A stretch of 64,000 nucleotides of DNA from a virus (lineage: Duplodnaviria > Heunggongvirae > Uroviricota > Caudoviricetes). The position numbers and the translations under genes were made by a program. Location of the stretch: positions 1-64,000 of the IMG/VR virus record IMGVR_UViG_2703718833_000007, one strand, 5' to 3'. This document shows, in pieces, positions 45,345 through 56,505 of this stretch (position 1 is the stretch's first letter; every line of letters starts with the position of its first letter). The notes beneath the pieces were generated by a model. That model saw only the letters and a list, made by a program, of their open reading frames with translations. It was not told where the DNA came from and ran no database searches.

Positions 45345-45817
45345 ACGTTGACACGCCAGCGCAGGGACTTGGCTTGCTGGTTGCGCAGAATCATGAGTTC
45401 AAAAAGGCGTTTTTAAGTACCCCATTGCGCTTGCGGATTGCCGGAAAAGATTATGACGAAAAGACCGCGCCAGCAGCGGTTAATAGTAAATACCCTGACG
45501 GGACTACCGTCATTGTTGCGCCAGTGGTGGAAGGCGGTATTGCAGGAATTGGCGTTGTAGGCTGGATTTTGATCGGTGTTTCGGTTGTTAGCGTTGCGTT
45601 CTCGATCTTTATGTCTCGCAACATGAAGATAAAAACATCAGCAGAAAGTGCACAAGATAACACCATATCTAACAACACATACACCAGCGTTGAAAACAAA
45701 GTGGGCCAGGGTAGACCAGTGCCGATCCTGTTGGGTGAAATGAAAATAGGTTCAAACGTCGGATCGTTAGGCATAGACACAAGTAACAACAAAGACGCCC
45801 TAGACGTTGTAAGTTAA
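45287..45817 (+). CDS. tail assembly protein I (lambda gpI-like)
   Basis: 176 aa with hydrophobic stretch; position before J. Confidence 0.7.
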   Translation: MLKFRFTGNLRRYYGKVCLNVDTPAQGLGLLVAQNHEFKKAFLSTPLRLRIAGKDYDEKTAPAAVNSKYPDGTTVIVAPVVEGGIAGIGVVGWILIGVSVVSVAFSIFMSRNMKIKTSAESAQDNTISNNTYTSVENKVGQGRPVPILLGEMKIGSNVGSLGIDTSNNKDALDVVS

Positions 45818-45830
45818 CAGGAGAAAAGCC

Positions 45831-48800
45831 ATGAGTAGCGGCGGCGGCAAAGCCAAAACACCAACATTATTAAACGATAACCTGTATCATAAACAGTTTT
45901 ATCGTGTTTTAGACATTCTCAGCGAGGGGCCGATATACGGTCCGGTAAACCAGAATGCGCCATTAAACAACGTAATGCTTAATGACACGCCTATCACTGA
46001 CGCAAACGGAAACACATCAATCCCGGGGATTAGTATAGCCTGGCGCAACGGCACGGCTGACCAGTCGCCGATTAATGGTTTTAATGCTATCGAATCAACC
46101 GTTATTGTTAACGCAAAGGTAACTCACGATACACCAATAATCAGGACTGTTTCAGATCCAAACGTTAACCGCGTAAGGCTGAATCTTGGCGTTGATTCTC
46201 TGGTTCAGTCAGATGATAAGGGCAATCAATATAATACATCCGTTATGTTGATGGTTGATGTTAAACCGTCATCATCTTCTACGTGGTCGCAAATTAAAAT
46301 CATTACCATCGGACCAGGTAAACAGAGTGGTGAGTATCTTGAAGCTCATATCATAGATGCACCCAATGAAAAACCGTTTGATATTCGCGTGCGCCGCATA
46401 ACAGCAGATAGCAACAGCGATCTATTGCAGAATGATACGCGATGGAGTAGCTACAGCGAAATCATAGACGATAATCTGTCTTACCCTCACACCGCTGTAG
46501 CTGGCGCCGTAATTGACCATGATCAGTATACTGATACGCCTACCCGTAACTATCACCTTCGCGGGCTGATTGTTGATGTGCCGGACAACTATAACCCTGA
46601 AACGCGCACGTATTCCGGTTTATGGCTTGGTGGATTTAAAAAAGCGTACACCAATAACCCTGCGTGGCTTTTCCGGTATCTGGTTAAAAATGAACGTTTC
46701 GGGCTTGCCCGTCACGCTGGTTACATTGACGTTGATGACGGCGCATTGTATACGCTTTCTCAATACTGTGACCAGTTGGTTAGCGACGGTTACGGCGGCT
46801 TTGAACCTCGCATGACGCTTAATGCTTACATCACGGAGCAAATGAGCGCACGCGACTTGCTGGATAATATTGCTGGCATGTTCCGTGGTATCGCGTTATG
46901 GGATGGGCAACGCCTTACCGTGATGATTGATGCGCCACAGGATCCAATTGCCACCATCACAAACGCAAACGTCGTTGATGGTGTGTTTACTCGCTCAAGT
47001 CTTCCGCTTGCAGAGTGTTACAACGCCGTGATCGTATCATGGACTGACCCGGAAAACGGCTGGGAGCAATCAAAAGAATACGTGGCAGATGATGAATTGA
47101 TCGCCCGCGATGGTTATAACGAAACCACGTTGGAGGCGTTCGGTTGCACGTCACGCGGTCAGGCGTACCGCGCTGGCAAATGGCTGATAGAAACAGCAAA
47201 ACGCGAACCGTCAAAATTCACGTTTAAAATGGCCCGTGACGCAATTCACTTCACCCCCGGGGATATTATCGAGATACTCGACAATAACCGCGCTGGCGCA
47301 CGTTTAGGCGGTCGTATCGTGTCAAACACTGGCAGGGTTATCACTGTCGATAAGGTTGATTCTGAATACATCGCCCCAGGTGACACCATTAGCCTGCTTG
47401 ATAGTGATGGCAAGTTTAAAAAACACCAGATCACTGGGGTTAACGGAAACAAAATCACCCTTGCATCCGCCCCGTCATGGATTCGCAACGGGACTGTTTT
47501 CGCTGTATCAACCAACGCGGCAAAACCCGTATTGTGTCGAATCATCAGCGTAGCAGAAACAGAAAATAACAGCGTGTACACCATCGAGGCTGCGCAGCAT
47601 GATCCGCACAAACAGGCCGTAGTTGATGAAGGCGCGATCTTCGAGGTAAACAACGACACCCTTAATCACTTCCGCGTGCCTAACATTGAAAACCTGAAGG
47701 TGTTAAATGTTGGTTCTGAGACAGTTCAATGCCGCGCGACATGGGAAACACAGACGACAACGCATCGCCTGACCTTTGAGATCCGCGTATATAACGCCGA
47801 AGGCCGCGTGGTGGAAACTTATGAAACCACGAATTACCGCTATGAATTTTATGGCCTCGACGCTGGCAGTTACACGCTTGGTATTCGCGGGCGTAATGAC
47901 ACTGGCATGAAGGGTGCGGAAAGTATTGTGGACCTGGTTATTGGTGTACCATTGGCCCCTGTCGGCGTTAATTGGGTTCCTGGTGTTTTCCAGGCAACAG
48001 TATACCCGATCAGCAAAACAACCATGACCACTGATACAGCATATGAGTTCTATTTCTCAGGTGAAAATCAGATCACAGACCCATCAAAAGTAACCACATT
48101 AGCGCAGTTCACCGGGCGTGGCTACCAATGGACTTTTGGCGGCATGAACACGGGCCATACCTATTACGTTTATGTCCGCACACGTAACGCTTTTGGTGTG
48201 TCAGATTTCGTTGAGGCATCAGGAAAACCAACTGAAAACTTCGATGAAATCAGCGACTACGTGACGAAGGATGTTATGGGGTCAGAACAGTTTAAGGACA
48301 TGATTGGCGACATTAAAGATCTTGGCGACCGCACAGATGTTATTGAAAATGCTACAAATGAACTAAAAACAGCGACCGGCAACCTCAAAACTGCAACTGA
48401 TAATCTGACAAACATAACTGACGATTTAAGAACTGAAACCGACAACCTGACCAACATAACCGAAGATTTAAGAACTGACACTGACAACCTGATCACAGAA
48501 ACAGGATCAATAAAAGCTGATACCGATACGCTAAAAAAAGAAACAGAAGATCTTTATAAAAAAGTTAAGGAAAACGCCGATGATATTGGTCAGCATGAGT
48601 CAAGAATTGACTCATTAGAAGTGTCCAGCGAAAAAGTTGGCAGCGAACTGGCGCAAGCAAAAGCAAGCCTGCAAAACGCGTCACTTGCTCTTATTAATAA
48701 CTCACTTGCACAGACAAACACGCGCGTAACTCTTACCGCTCAGTACAATAAAGGCAGGGCAGAGACCAAAGCGCAAATTGACCGCATTGACAACGTTATC

Positions 48801-51170
48801 GCTGAAGAGAAAAAAGCGACAGCGGAATCACTGGAAACCATCACGGCAGAAATGAACACGATGGATTCTAACCTTAAAGGTCAGATTTCTAACGTGCAGC
48901 GCGCAGTAGCTGACGAGGCCAGCGCCCGCGCTGAAGCTATTAACGGTGTAAATGCCTCAATAAGCAATCTTGATAAGAAAACTGACTCCAGCGTTAACCG
49001 CATTGATCAAGCGATCGCTGACGAGACGAGCGCACGGACTCAAGCCATCAGCGACGTAAATGCAAGTATCTCAACGCTAGACAAGAAAACTGACGCCAGC
49101 GTTAAACGCTTGGATCAGGCAATTGCAGATGAAACCAGTGCAAGAACTGAAGCCATCAGCGGCGTGAATGCCTCAATTTCCACGCTTGATGGCAAAGTTA
49201 CAAGCAATATTAACCGCATTGATAAAGCGATTGCAGACGAAACGAAAGCACGCACCGACGCGATCAGTAGCGTGAATGCAAGTATTAGCACACTTGAAAA
49301 CAATACAGAATCAGAAGTAAGCAGACTGGATCAAGCGGTTGCAGATGAAACCAGTGCCCGCACCCAGGCCATTAGCGACGTTAACGCCTCAATAAGCAAT
49401 CTTGAAAGCAAAACTGACGCGAGCGTTTCCCGTCTTGATAAAGCAATATCAGATGAAACGCAGGCAAGAAGCGACGCAGTAACAGAGGTTAAAGCTAATT
49501 TAACGACGCTTGAAAATAGCACAAACTCCAGTGTTAAGCGCCTTGATCAAGCCATCGCCGACGAATCAAGCGCCAGGGCGCAGGCAATATCAGGCATCAG
49601 CGCTGAACTTGGTATAGTTGAAAAAGATGTTGACAAAAACAGCGACGAAATAAATCAGACTAAAGCAAGTCTGCAAAACGCCTCAATCGCACTTATCAAC
49701 AACTCTATCGCTCAGACCAACACGCGGGTTACTCTTACTGCCCAATATAAGAAAGGTCGCAGAGAAACCAACGCGCAAATTGACCGTATTGACAATGTTG
49801 TAGCAGAGGAGAAAAAAGCCACTGCAGAAGCCATTAGCTCTGTAAACGCATCGATAACCGAACTTGATAAGAAGACAGAAGCAAGCGTTAGCCGCCTTGA
49901 TAGAGCGATTGCAGACGAAACGAGCGCCCGCAGCGAGGCCATCAGCGGTGTGAATGCCTCAATTTCCACGCTTGATGGCAAGGTGACAAGCAACGTAACC
50001 AGGATGGATAAGGCGATTGCAGACGAAACGAAGGCCCGTACTGACGCAATAAGTAGTCTTAACTCATCGCTTACCAGTACGATTAATTCTAAGGTATCAG
50101 AGGCGTCAACGGCACTTTCTACGCATGAAGCATCAAGCGCAGAAAAATTTAGCCAGATCTCTGCGTCTTTCGAATCTGTAAACTCAAGTATTACAGAATG
50201 GTCGCAGGCAATGGCAACGGCTGACGAGGCATTATCAAGCAAAATTGATCAGTTGACAGTAACAGTTAACGGGAACAAAACGGCGATAGAGACGACATCG
50301 AAAGCGTTAACCGACTTCAAAGGTAATGTTGATGCGTCGTACTCTATCAAGCTGGCGACCGACAACAACGGAATGAAATACGCAACAGGTATGTCGCTTG
50401 GCCTCACTGGTGACGGCACTAACTTTCAGTCGCAGTGTATTTTCCTTGTTGACCGTTTCGTGTTAATGACCGCAGCAAACGGCACATATACAACGCCTTT
50501 CTATGTCACCAATGGCGCAATGTATGTAAGAGAAGCGTTTATTAAGGACGGCACTATCAACTCCGCCAAAATAGCTGATCTAATACAGTCAGTTAATTAC
50601 AGCTGGGAAAACGGTACAGGATGGGCGATAAATAAAGACGGTAACGCAGTATTTAACCAGGTAACAGTAAGGGGTACGGTATACGCCACAAACGGTAAAT
50701 TTACTGGTGAGATTCAGGCCACAAGCGGGACGTTTAAAGGGACTGTACAGGCTAACAAATTTGTCGGTGATATTGTGGCTATTCACACTTTCCCTGATTC
50801 CAGCACTGTCTATAACTCAAGCCAGCGTGTAGCGCGTTTCTGTTATCGCTATGTGGACTCAACATCCGAAGAGACTTATAAAAACGTTATGTTCCAGGCA
50901 AGGTTATCAGGGGCTACCAACACATCACAGATCAATGCCTGGATAGCTGGTTCTCAGGTATTGGTTGGTAAGAAATACGGTAACGAAAACTCAAACGGCA
51001 TGTTCTGTTTCGGTATGGATGGTGTAACAAATCAGATTGTCGATGTTGTTATCGAGATCTACACTCCGTGGTCAACAGGTAACAACACTGGGATTACGTT
51101 AAGTTGTCCGACCATGTTTATAGGTCGCAGTAACGGCACATGGTCGAAATGGGAAGAATCACACGACTAA
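45831..51170 (+). CDS. host specificity protein J (central tail fiber), expanded to 1779 aa
   Basis: N-terminal 800 aa collinear with recalled lambda J (e.g. YHLRGLIVDVPDNYNPETRTYSG); large internal coiled-coil repeat insertion; distinct C-terminal domain. Confidence 0.9.
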   Translation: MSSGGGKAKTPTLLNDNLYHKQFYRVLDILSEGPIYGPVNQNAPLNNVMLNDTPITDANGNTSIPGISIAWRNGTADQSPINGFNAIESTVIVNAKVTHDTPIIRTVSDPNVNRVRLNLGVDSLVQSDDKGNQYNTSVMLMVDVKPSSSSTWSQIKIITIGPGKQSGEYLEAHIIDAPNEKPFDIRVRRITADSNSDLLQNDTRWSSYSEIIDDNLSYPHTAVAGAVIDHDQYTDTPTRNYHLRGLIVDVPDNYNPETRTYSGLWLGGFKKAYTNNPAWLFRYLVKNERFGLARHAGYIDVDDGALYTLSQYCDQLVSDGYGGFEPRMTLNAYITEQMSARDLLDNIAGMFRGIALWDGQRLTVMIDAPQDPIATITNANVVDGVFTRSSLPLAECYNAVIVSWTDPENGWEQSKEYVADDELIARDGYNETTLEAFGCTSRGQAYRAGKWLIETAKREPSKFTFKMARDAIHFTPGDIIEILDNNRAGARLGGRIVSNTGRVITVDKVDSEYIAPGDTISLLDSDGKFKKHQITGVNGNKITLASAPSWIRNGTVFAVSTNAAKPVLCRIISVAETENNSVYTIEAAQHDPHKQAVVDEGAIFEVNNDTLNHFRVPNIENLKVLNVGSETVQCRATWETQTTTHRLTFEIRVYNAEGRVVETYETTNYRYEFYGLDAGSYTLGIRGRNDTGMKGAESIVDLVIGVPLAPVGVNWVPGVFQATVYPISKTTMTTDTAYEFYFSGENQITDPSKVTTLAQFTGRGYQWTFGGMNTGHTYYVYVRTRNAFGVSDFVEASGKPTENFDEISDYVTKDVMGSEQFKDMIGDIKDLGDRTDVIENATNELKTATGNLKTATDNLTNITDDLRTETDNLTNITEDLRTDTDNLITETGSIKADTDTLKKETEDLYKKVKENADDIGQHESRIDSLEVSSEKVGSELAQAKASLQNASLALINNSLAQTNTRVTLTAQYNKGRAETKAQIDRIDNVIAEEKKATAESLETITAEMNTMDSNLKGQISNVQRAVADEASARAEAINGVNASISNLDKKTDSSVNRIDQAIADETSARTQAISDVNASISTLDKKTDASVKRLDQAIADETSARTEAISGVNASISTLDGKVTSNINRIDKAIADETKARTDAISSVNASISTLENNTESEVSRLDQAVADETSARTQAISDVNASISNLESKTDASVSRLDKAISDETQARSDAVTEVKANLTTLENSTNSSVKRLDQAIADESSARAQAISGISAELGIVEKDVDKNSDEINQTKASLQNASIALINNSIAQTNTRVTLTAQYKKGRRETNAQIDRIDNVVAEEKKATAEAISSVNASITELDKKTEASVSRLDRAIADETSARSEAISGVNASISTLDGKVTSNVTRMDKAIADETKARTDAISSLNSSLTSTINSKVSEASTALSTHEASSAEKFSQISASFESVNSSITEWSQAMATADEALSSKIDQLTVTVNGNKTAIETTSKALTDFKGNVDASYSIKLATDNNGMKYATGMSLGLTGDGTNFQSQCIFLVDRFVLMTAANGTYTTPFYVTNGAMYVREAFIKDGTINSAKIADLIQSVNYSWENGTGWAINKDGNAVFNQVTVRGTVYATNGKFTGEIQATSGTFKGTVQANKFVGDIVAIHTFPDSSTVYNSSQRVARFCYRYVDSTSEETYKNVMFQARLSGATNTSQINAWIAGSQVLVGKKYGNENSNGMFCFGMDGVTNQIVDVVIEIYTPWSTGNNTGITLSCPTMFIGRSNGTWSKWEESHD
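48350..50160 (+). repeat. in-frame tandem repeat region within J (short heptad-like repeats, then ~9 copies of a 36-aa / 108-bp unit, with an internal diverged duplication)
   Basis: Repeating units VNASIS.LD.KT..SV.R.D.AIADETSAR..AIS; block starting QAKASLQNASLALINNSLAQTNTRVTLTAQY recurs at about 49.65 kb. Confidence 0.7.
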
Positions 51171-51278
51171 TACTAACCCCGCTACGGCGGGGTTTATACA
51201 TATAGTAAACACATATTCGTCTGCGTAATGATAAGGCGTTAAAATAGTATGGTTAATTAACATAATGGAGTCATTGCG

Positions 51279-53216
51279 ATGATTTACACAACTGGAACAA
51301 TTGCCATCAATGGCAACACCGTTACAGGTACGGGAACAGATTTTTCCGCGCCGCTTTCTCTCATCCGTGTAGGTTGCACGCTCATTGCCATCGGCAATCC
51401 GGTGCAGATCTTTACCATTACGGAAATCAAAAACGGTACTGAACTGTCAGTTACGCCAGCGGCTAACCCTGCAATCCCTGCGGGAACAAAATTTAGTATT
51501 CTGCTTTCTGATTCGATCTCAGTTGATGGGCTTGCCCAGGACGTAGCTGAAACGTTGCGCTACTATCAGAGTAAAGAAACAGAAGTAGCGGAAGCGCTTG
51601 AATGGAGTCAGAACCATATAGCAGACAAGATCGGGCTTGGTGCAGATCACCGCGACTGGCCTGATTGCAACGATCCTACTGGTTATATAGGTTTTTGCCG
51701 TGCTGTAGAAGCTGAATCACGTAACTTTCCGTCAATCGCATCTGGCGAAATTTACTTGGTTGGTTGGCTTGCGCGTGGTGACAATGCCGTTATTAACGGC
51801 TGTTTCGTTGGTACAATTAGCCTTTCACTGTACACATACAGATATAACCCAACAGATGGTACGAAAGTATGGACACGACACGCAAGAAAAGATGAGGTAA
51901 GCAGATTGGCCCAGGGTTCTGACGAATCAGCTTTATGGGCCGCAGGAGGGAAGCAAAAATTTGTTCTGTTGGATGGAGGTGATGGGAATACTCTATCTTG
52001 GGGTGTTTGGGATGATGCTGTTAGTCAATGGAGTCCATTAGCAATAGCTCAGGGCGGTACTGGTGCGCTTGATGCTTTAACTGCTAGGAACAATCTAGGG
52101 GTGGGTGTAGGTGACAGTCCTCAATTCAGGGATGTGAATCTATCACGCTCAACAGATGAATCATCTGGCTTGGTATCTGGTGGTATACAAAGTTCCATAC
52201 TTCTGGGATCTGATGGTACTAAGCGTGCAGAAGGTTTATTTTATGTAGAACACCAACAAGATAAACCAACACAAGTAACGCTTTCTGTAAATGGAGCTAA
52301 CGAAGGTTATAAATATTTATGCTTTAATACAATGGGGCAGATTTTAGTAGATACAGCCATTTTCAGATCAAACGGCACTAATCCACTTATTATTAAAAGC
52401 AACACACCAACAATCTTATTCGTTGAAGAGGATCGCCCAAACGGATCACCTTATTACAGCTTAAATTTTGATGATGGTAACTGGCGCATTCAGAAAAGTG
52501 GCAATGGGTATAATGGTGAATATGTAATAAACTACGACTATCAAAAAAATGAAATAGAGGTTCCAAAACTCAAAGCATCAAGAATGAGTATTCTTGGGAC
52601 AGGCAGTAGTTTAGAAATAAATAGCGCTGGAACAGCAGATGAAACGACGTCTATTCAATCATGGGGTAATAGATCTGATCGCTTGTCTGTTTTTGAGGTA
52701 AGTTTAGATACAGGCTATTTATTTTACGCGCAGAAAAATGCTGATAAAAGCATGGTTTTATCAGTCAACGGGAAGATAGAATGCGTGTCATTATCCCAAT
52801 CATCTGACAGGGATCTGAAGGATAACATCAAGATTATCAGTGACGCCACTGAAGCCATCCGTAAAATGAACGGGTACACCTACACGCTTAAAGAAAACGG
52901 CCTGCCTTACGCTGGCGTTATCGCTCAGGAGGTCATGGAGGCAATACCGGAAGCAATAGGGTCGTTCACAAAGTACGGTGAAGAACTGGCAGGCCCGACA
53001 CAAAGCGGTCATGAACTGCGAGAAGAAACCCGTTTCCTTAGCGTTGACTACGCAGCAGTCACTGGTTTACTTGTCCAGGTGGCACGCGAAACAGATAACC
53101 GCGTCACCGAACTTGAAGAGGAAAACGCCAGCCTGCGAGATAACATTGCCGCAATGGATGAGCGTATCGCAAAACTTGAAGCGCTTGTCAGCAAGTTGAC
53201 TGGAAGCGAAAAATAA
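51279..53216 (+). CDS. tail fiber protein with C-terminal intramolecular chaperone (S74-type) domain
   Basis: 645 aa; C-terminal segment DLKDNIKII...GYTYTLKENG...AGVIAQEV typical of self-cleaving chaperone domain; AT-rich middle segment. Confidence 0.7.
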   Translation: MIYTTGTIAINGNTVTGTGTDFSAPLSLIRVGCTLIAIGNPVQIFTITEIKNGTELSVTPAANPAIPAGTKFSILLSDSISVDGLAQDVAETLRYYQSKETEVAEALEWSQNHIADKIGLGADHRDWPDCNDPTGYIGFCRAVEAESRNFPSIASGEIYLVGWLARGDNAVINGCFVGTISLSLYTYRYNPTDGTKVWTRHARKDEVSRLAQGSDESALWAAGGKQKFVLLDGGDGNTLSWGVWDDAVSQWSPLAIAQGGTGALDALTARNNLGVGVGDSPQFRDVNLSRSTDESSGLVSGGIQSSILLGSDGTKRAEGLFYVEHQQDKPTQVTLSVNGANEGYKYLCFNTMGQILVDTAIFRSNGTNPLIIKSNTPTILFVEEDRPNGSPYYSLNFDDGNWRIQKSGNGYNGEYVINYDYQKNEIEVPKLKASRMSILGTGSSLEINSAGTADETTSIQSWGNRSDRLSVFEVSLDTGYLFYAQKNADKSMVLSVNGKIECVSLSQSSDRDLKDNIKIISDATEAIRKMNGYTYTLKENGLPYAGVIAQEVMEAIPEAIGSFTKYGEELAGPTQSGHELREETRFLSVDYAAVTGLLVQVARETDNRVTELEEENASLRDNIAAMDERIAKLEALVSKLTGSEK

Positions 53217-53245
53217 GAGGTGATGTGCGAAGAACATCGCCGCGC

Positions 53246-53275
53246 GAAACGAGGCTCACGCCTCGTTTCTTTTTG
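53246..53275 (+). terminator. rho-independent terminator at end of prophage late operon
   Basis: 10-bp perfect stem GAAACGAGGC/GCCTCGTTTC, loop TCAC, then TTTTTG. Confidence 0.65.
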
Positions 53276-53649
53276 TGTACCAAATAGTGACCAAATTTTA
53301 AAAAACAAAACTAAATCATACATAACACACTGTTTTTAAAGAGATAATATTTAACATTAACCATTCCAGACAGGACTGGTGAGTAAGTCCAGGGTATTGA
53401 AGTTGTGCGTAATCATTGAGATCCCGTTATTTTTATCAATTTTTGTTGCTATCCGATCGCAAAAAAGCCACGTCATATGATCAGATAATTCTGATAATGA
53501 TAGACGCTATTTAACACTTCACACGGTTTGTATACGGATAAGCATTTTGCTTTTTGTATTCAATTTAGACAGAATTTTATTAATCATTTCAGGGTAATGG
53601 GGTGATGAGATGTTGCGTAACAGGGCCAGAAGGCTAGACTACAAAATAA

Positions 53650-54654
<1,005 letters not shown>

Positions 54655-54700
54655 CAAAAGCAATTTTTCCGGCTGTCTGTATACAAAAACGCCGCAAAGT

Positions 54701-54714
54701 TTGAGCGAAGTCAA
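54701..54714 (+). promoter_or_regulatory. FNR-box upstream of fnrS
   Basis: TTGAGCGAAGTCAA matches TTGAT-N4-ATCAA consensus, centred about 42 bp upstream of predicted sRNA 5-prime end. Confidence 0.5.
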
Positions 54715-54749
54715 TAAACTCTCTACCCATTCAGGGCAATATCTCTCTT

Positions 54750-54871
54750 GCAGGTGAATGCAACGTCAAGCGATGGGCGTTGCGCTCCATATTGTCTTAC
54801 TTCCTTTTTTGAATTACTGCATAGCACAATTGATTCGTACGACGCCGACTTTGATGAGTCGGCTTTTTTTT
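54750..54871 (+). ncRNA. fnrS: FnrS small regulatory RNA
   Basis: Between zntB and dbpA; begins GCAGGTGAATGCAACGTC and ends with GCCGACT...AGTCGGC hairpin plus T8; matches recalled FnrS locus. Confidence 0.6.
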
Positions 54872-54928
54872 GCCTGTTATTTATCAGCGTCTACCCTTTA
54901 AGAGTCCACCCAATGACCAGAGGGAAAT

Positions 54929-55102
54929 ATGACGACACTTATTTATTTGCAAATTCCTGTCCCTGAACCGATTCCTGGCGATCCTGTTCCAGTGCCCGAT
55001 CCGATCCCTCGCCCGCAACCCATGCCTGACCCACCACCCGATGAAGAACCGATTAAATTGTCGCATCGTGAGCGTAGATCTGCGAGGATACGCGCCTGCT
55101 AA
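54929..55102 (+). CDS. small proline-rich ORF (57 aa)
   Basis: AGAGGG RBS; MTTLIYLQIPVPEPIPGDPVPVPDPIPRPQPMPDPPPDEEPIKLSHRERRSARIRAC; coding status unverified. Confidence 0.3.
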   Translation: MTTLIYLQIPVPEPIPGDPVPVPDPIPRPQPMPDPPPDEEPIKLSHRERRSARIRAC

Positions 55103-55131
55103 CTTTGCGTCGATGACCACGAGAATAGATT

Positions 55132-56505
55132 GTGACCGCTTTTTCTACCCTGAATGTTTTGCCTCCCGCCCAACTCACGAACCTTAATGAGTTGGGTTAT
55201 TTAACCATGACGCCGGTGCAGGCCGCCGCGCTTCCGGCGATCCTTGCCGGAAAAGATGTTCGCGTGCAGGCGAAAACCGGCAGCGGCAAAACGGCGGCTT
55301 TTGGCCTCGGCTTGTTACAGCAAATTGATGCGTCGCTATTTCAAACCCAGGCTTTAGTGCTGTGTCCTACGCGTGAACTGGCGGATCAGGTGGCAGGTGA
55401 ATTGCGTCGGCTGGCGCGTTTTCTGCCAAATACCAAAATTTTGACGTTGTGCGGTGGTCAACCGTTCGGTATGCAGCGTGATTCGTTGCAACATGCGCCG
55501 CATATTATCGTGGCAACGCCGGGGCGTTTGCTGGATCACCTGCAAAAAGGCACGGTATCACTGGATGCGTTGAATACGCTGGTGATGGATGAGGCCGACC
55601 GCATGCTGGATATGGGATTTAGCGATGCCATTGATGATGTCATCCGTTTTGCGCCTGCATCTCGACAGACGCTTCTGTTTTCGGCAACCTGGCCGGAAGC
55701 CATCGCTGCAATCAGCGGACGAGTGCAACGCGATCCTTTGGCGATTGAAATTGACTCAACAGATGCTTTGCCACCCATTGAACAACAATTTTATGAGACA
55801 TCCAGCAAAGGCAAAATTCCTCTGTTGCAACGGTTATTAAGCTTGCATCAGCCATCCTCTTGCGTGGTGTTTTGCAATACCAAAAAAGATTGCCAGGCTG
55901 TCTGCGACGCGCTGAATGAAGTAGGGCAAAGTGCATTGTCATTACACGGCGATTTGGAGCAACGCGATCGCGATCAGACCCTGGTACGTTTTGCTAACGG
56001 TAGCGCCCGTGTACTGGTCGCGACTGATGTTGCTGCGCGTGGTCTGGATATTAAATCGCTTGAGCTGGTGGTGAACTTTGAGCTGGCGTGGGACCCTGAA
56101 GTTCATGTACATCGCATCGGTCGTACAGCTCGTGCAGGAAATAGCGGTCTGGCGATCAGTTTCTGTGCTCCGGAAGAAGCACAGCGGGCCAATATCATTT
56201 CTGACATGTTGCAGATAAAACTTAACTGGCAAACGCCGCCAGCTAATAGTTCCATTGCGACGCTGGAAGCAGAAATGGCAACGTTGTGTATCGATGGCGG
56301 GAAAAAAGCCAAAATGCGCCCGGGTGATGTATTAGGTGCACTGACAGGAGATATCGGGCTTGATGGCGCAGATATTGGCAAAATCGCCGTGCATCCGGCG
56401 CATGTCTATGTCGCGGTCCGTCAGGCTGTTGCTCATAAAGCATGGAAACAGTTACAGGGCGGGAAGATTAAAGGAAAAACGTGCCGGGTGCGGTTATTAA
56501 AATAA
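55132..56505 (+). CDS. dbpA: ATP-dependent RNA helicase DbpA
   Basis: 457 aa; DEAD-box motifs (GSGKT, DEAD, SAT, HRIGRTAR) and C-terminal RNA-binding domain; GTG start. Confidence 0.9.
   Translation: MTAFSTLNVLPPAQLTNLNELGYLTMTPVQAAALPAILAGKDVRVQAKTGSGKTAAFGLGLLQQIDASLFQTQALVLCPTRELADQVAGELRRLARFLPNTKILTLCGGQPFGMQRDSLQHAPHIIVATPGRLLDHLQKGTVSLDALNTLVMDEADRMLDMGFSDAIDDVIRFAPASRQTLLFSATWPEAIAAISGRVQRDPLAIEIDSTDALPPIEQQFYETSSKGKIPLLQRLLSLHQPSSCVVFCNTKKDCQAVCDALNEVGQSALSLHGDLEQRDRDQTLVRFANGSARVLVATDVAARGLDIKSLELVVNFELAWDPEVHVHRIGRTARAGNSGLAISFCAPEEAQRANIISDMLQIKLNWQTPPANSSIATLEAEMATLCIDGGKKAKMRPGDVLGALTGDIGLDGADIGKIAVHPAHVYVAVRQAVAHKAWKQLQGGKIKGKTCRVRLLK

Larger units (their letters stand above)
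1..53275. mobile_element. Lambdoid-type prophage (partial; presumed integrase end lies left of window start)
   Basis: Contiguous phage gene content from AlpA-like gene through repressor, recombination, lysis, head, lambda-like tail and tail fiber; ends at a terminator before host zntB. Confidence 0.85.

Noticed and set aside
48350-50160. Possible CRISPR array suggested by regular repeats
   Set aside because: Repeats are in-frame, about 108 bp, degenerate and inside a continuous 1779-aa ORF; no repeat-spacer architecture or cas genes.
48257-50242. Minus-strand track ORFs inside the J gene (48257-48496, 49115-49303, 49331-49522, 49712-50242)
   Set aside because: They fall on the tandem-repeat region and are Ala/Ser/Leu-rich mirror frames of the coding repeats; artefacts of repeat structure.
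1-53275. Possibility that the whole window is one Rac-like prophage
   Set aside because: Host genes zntB, fnrS, dbpA and ttcA separate the two phage blocks, and the left block has its own complete structural module.
54748-54966. Plus-strand 72-aa track ORF in the zntB-dbpA intergenic region
   Set aside because: Begins with a non-ATG codon and coincides with the FnrS sRNA and its terminator.
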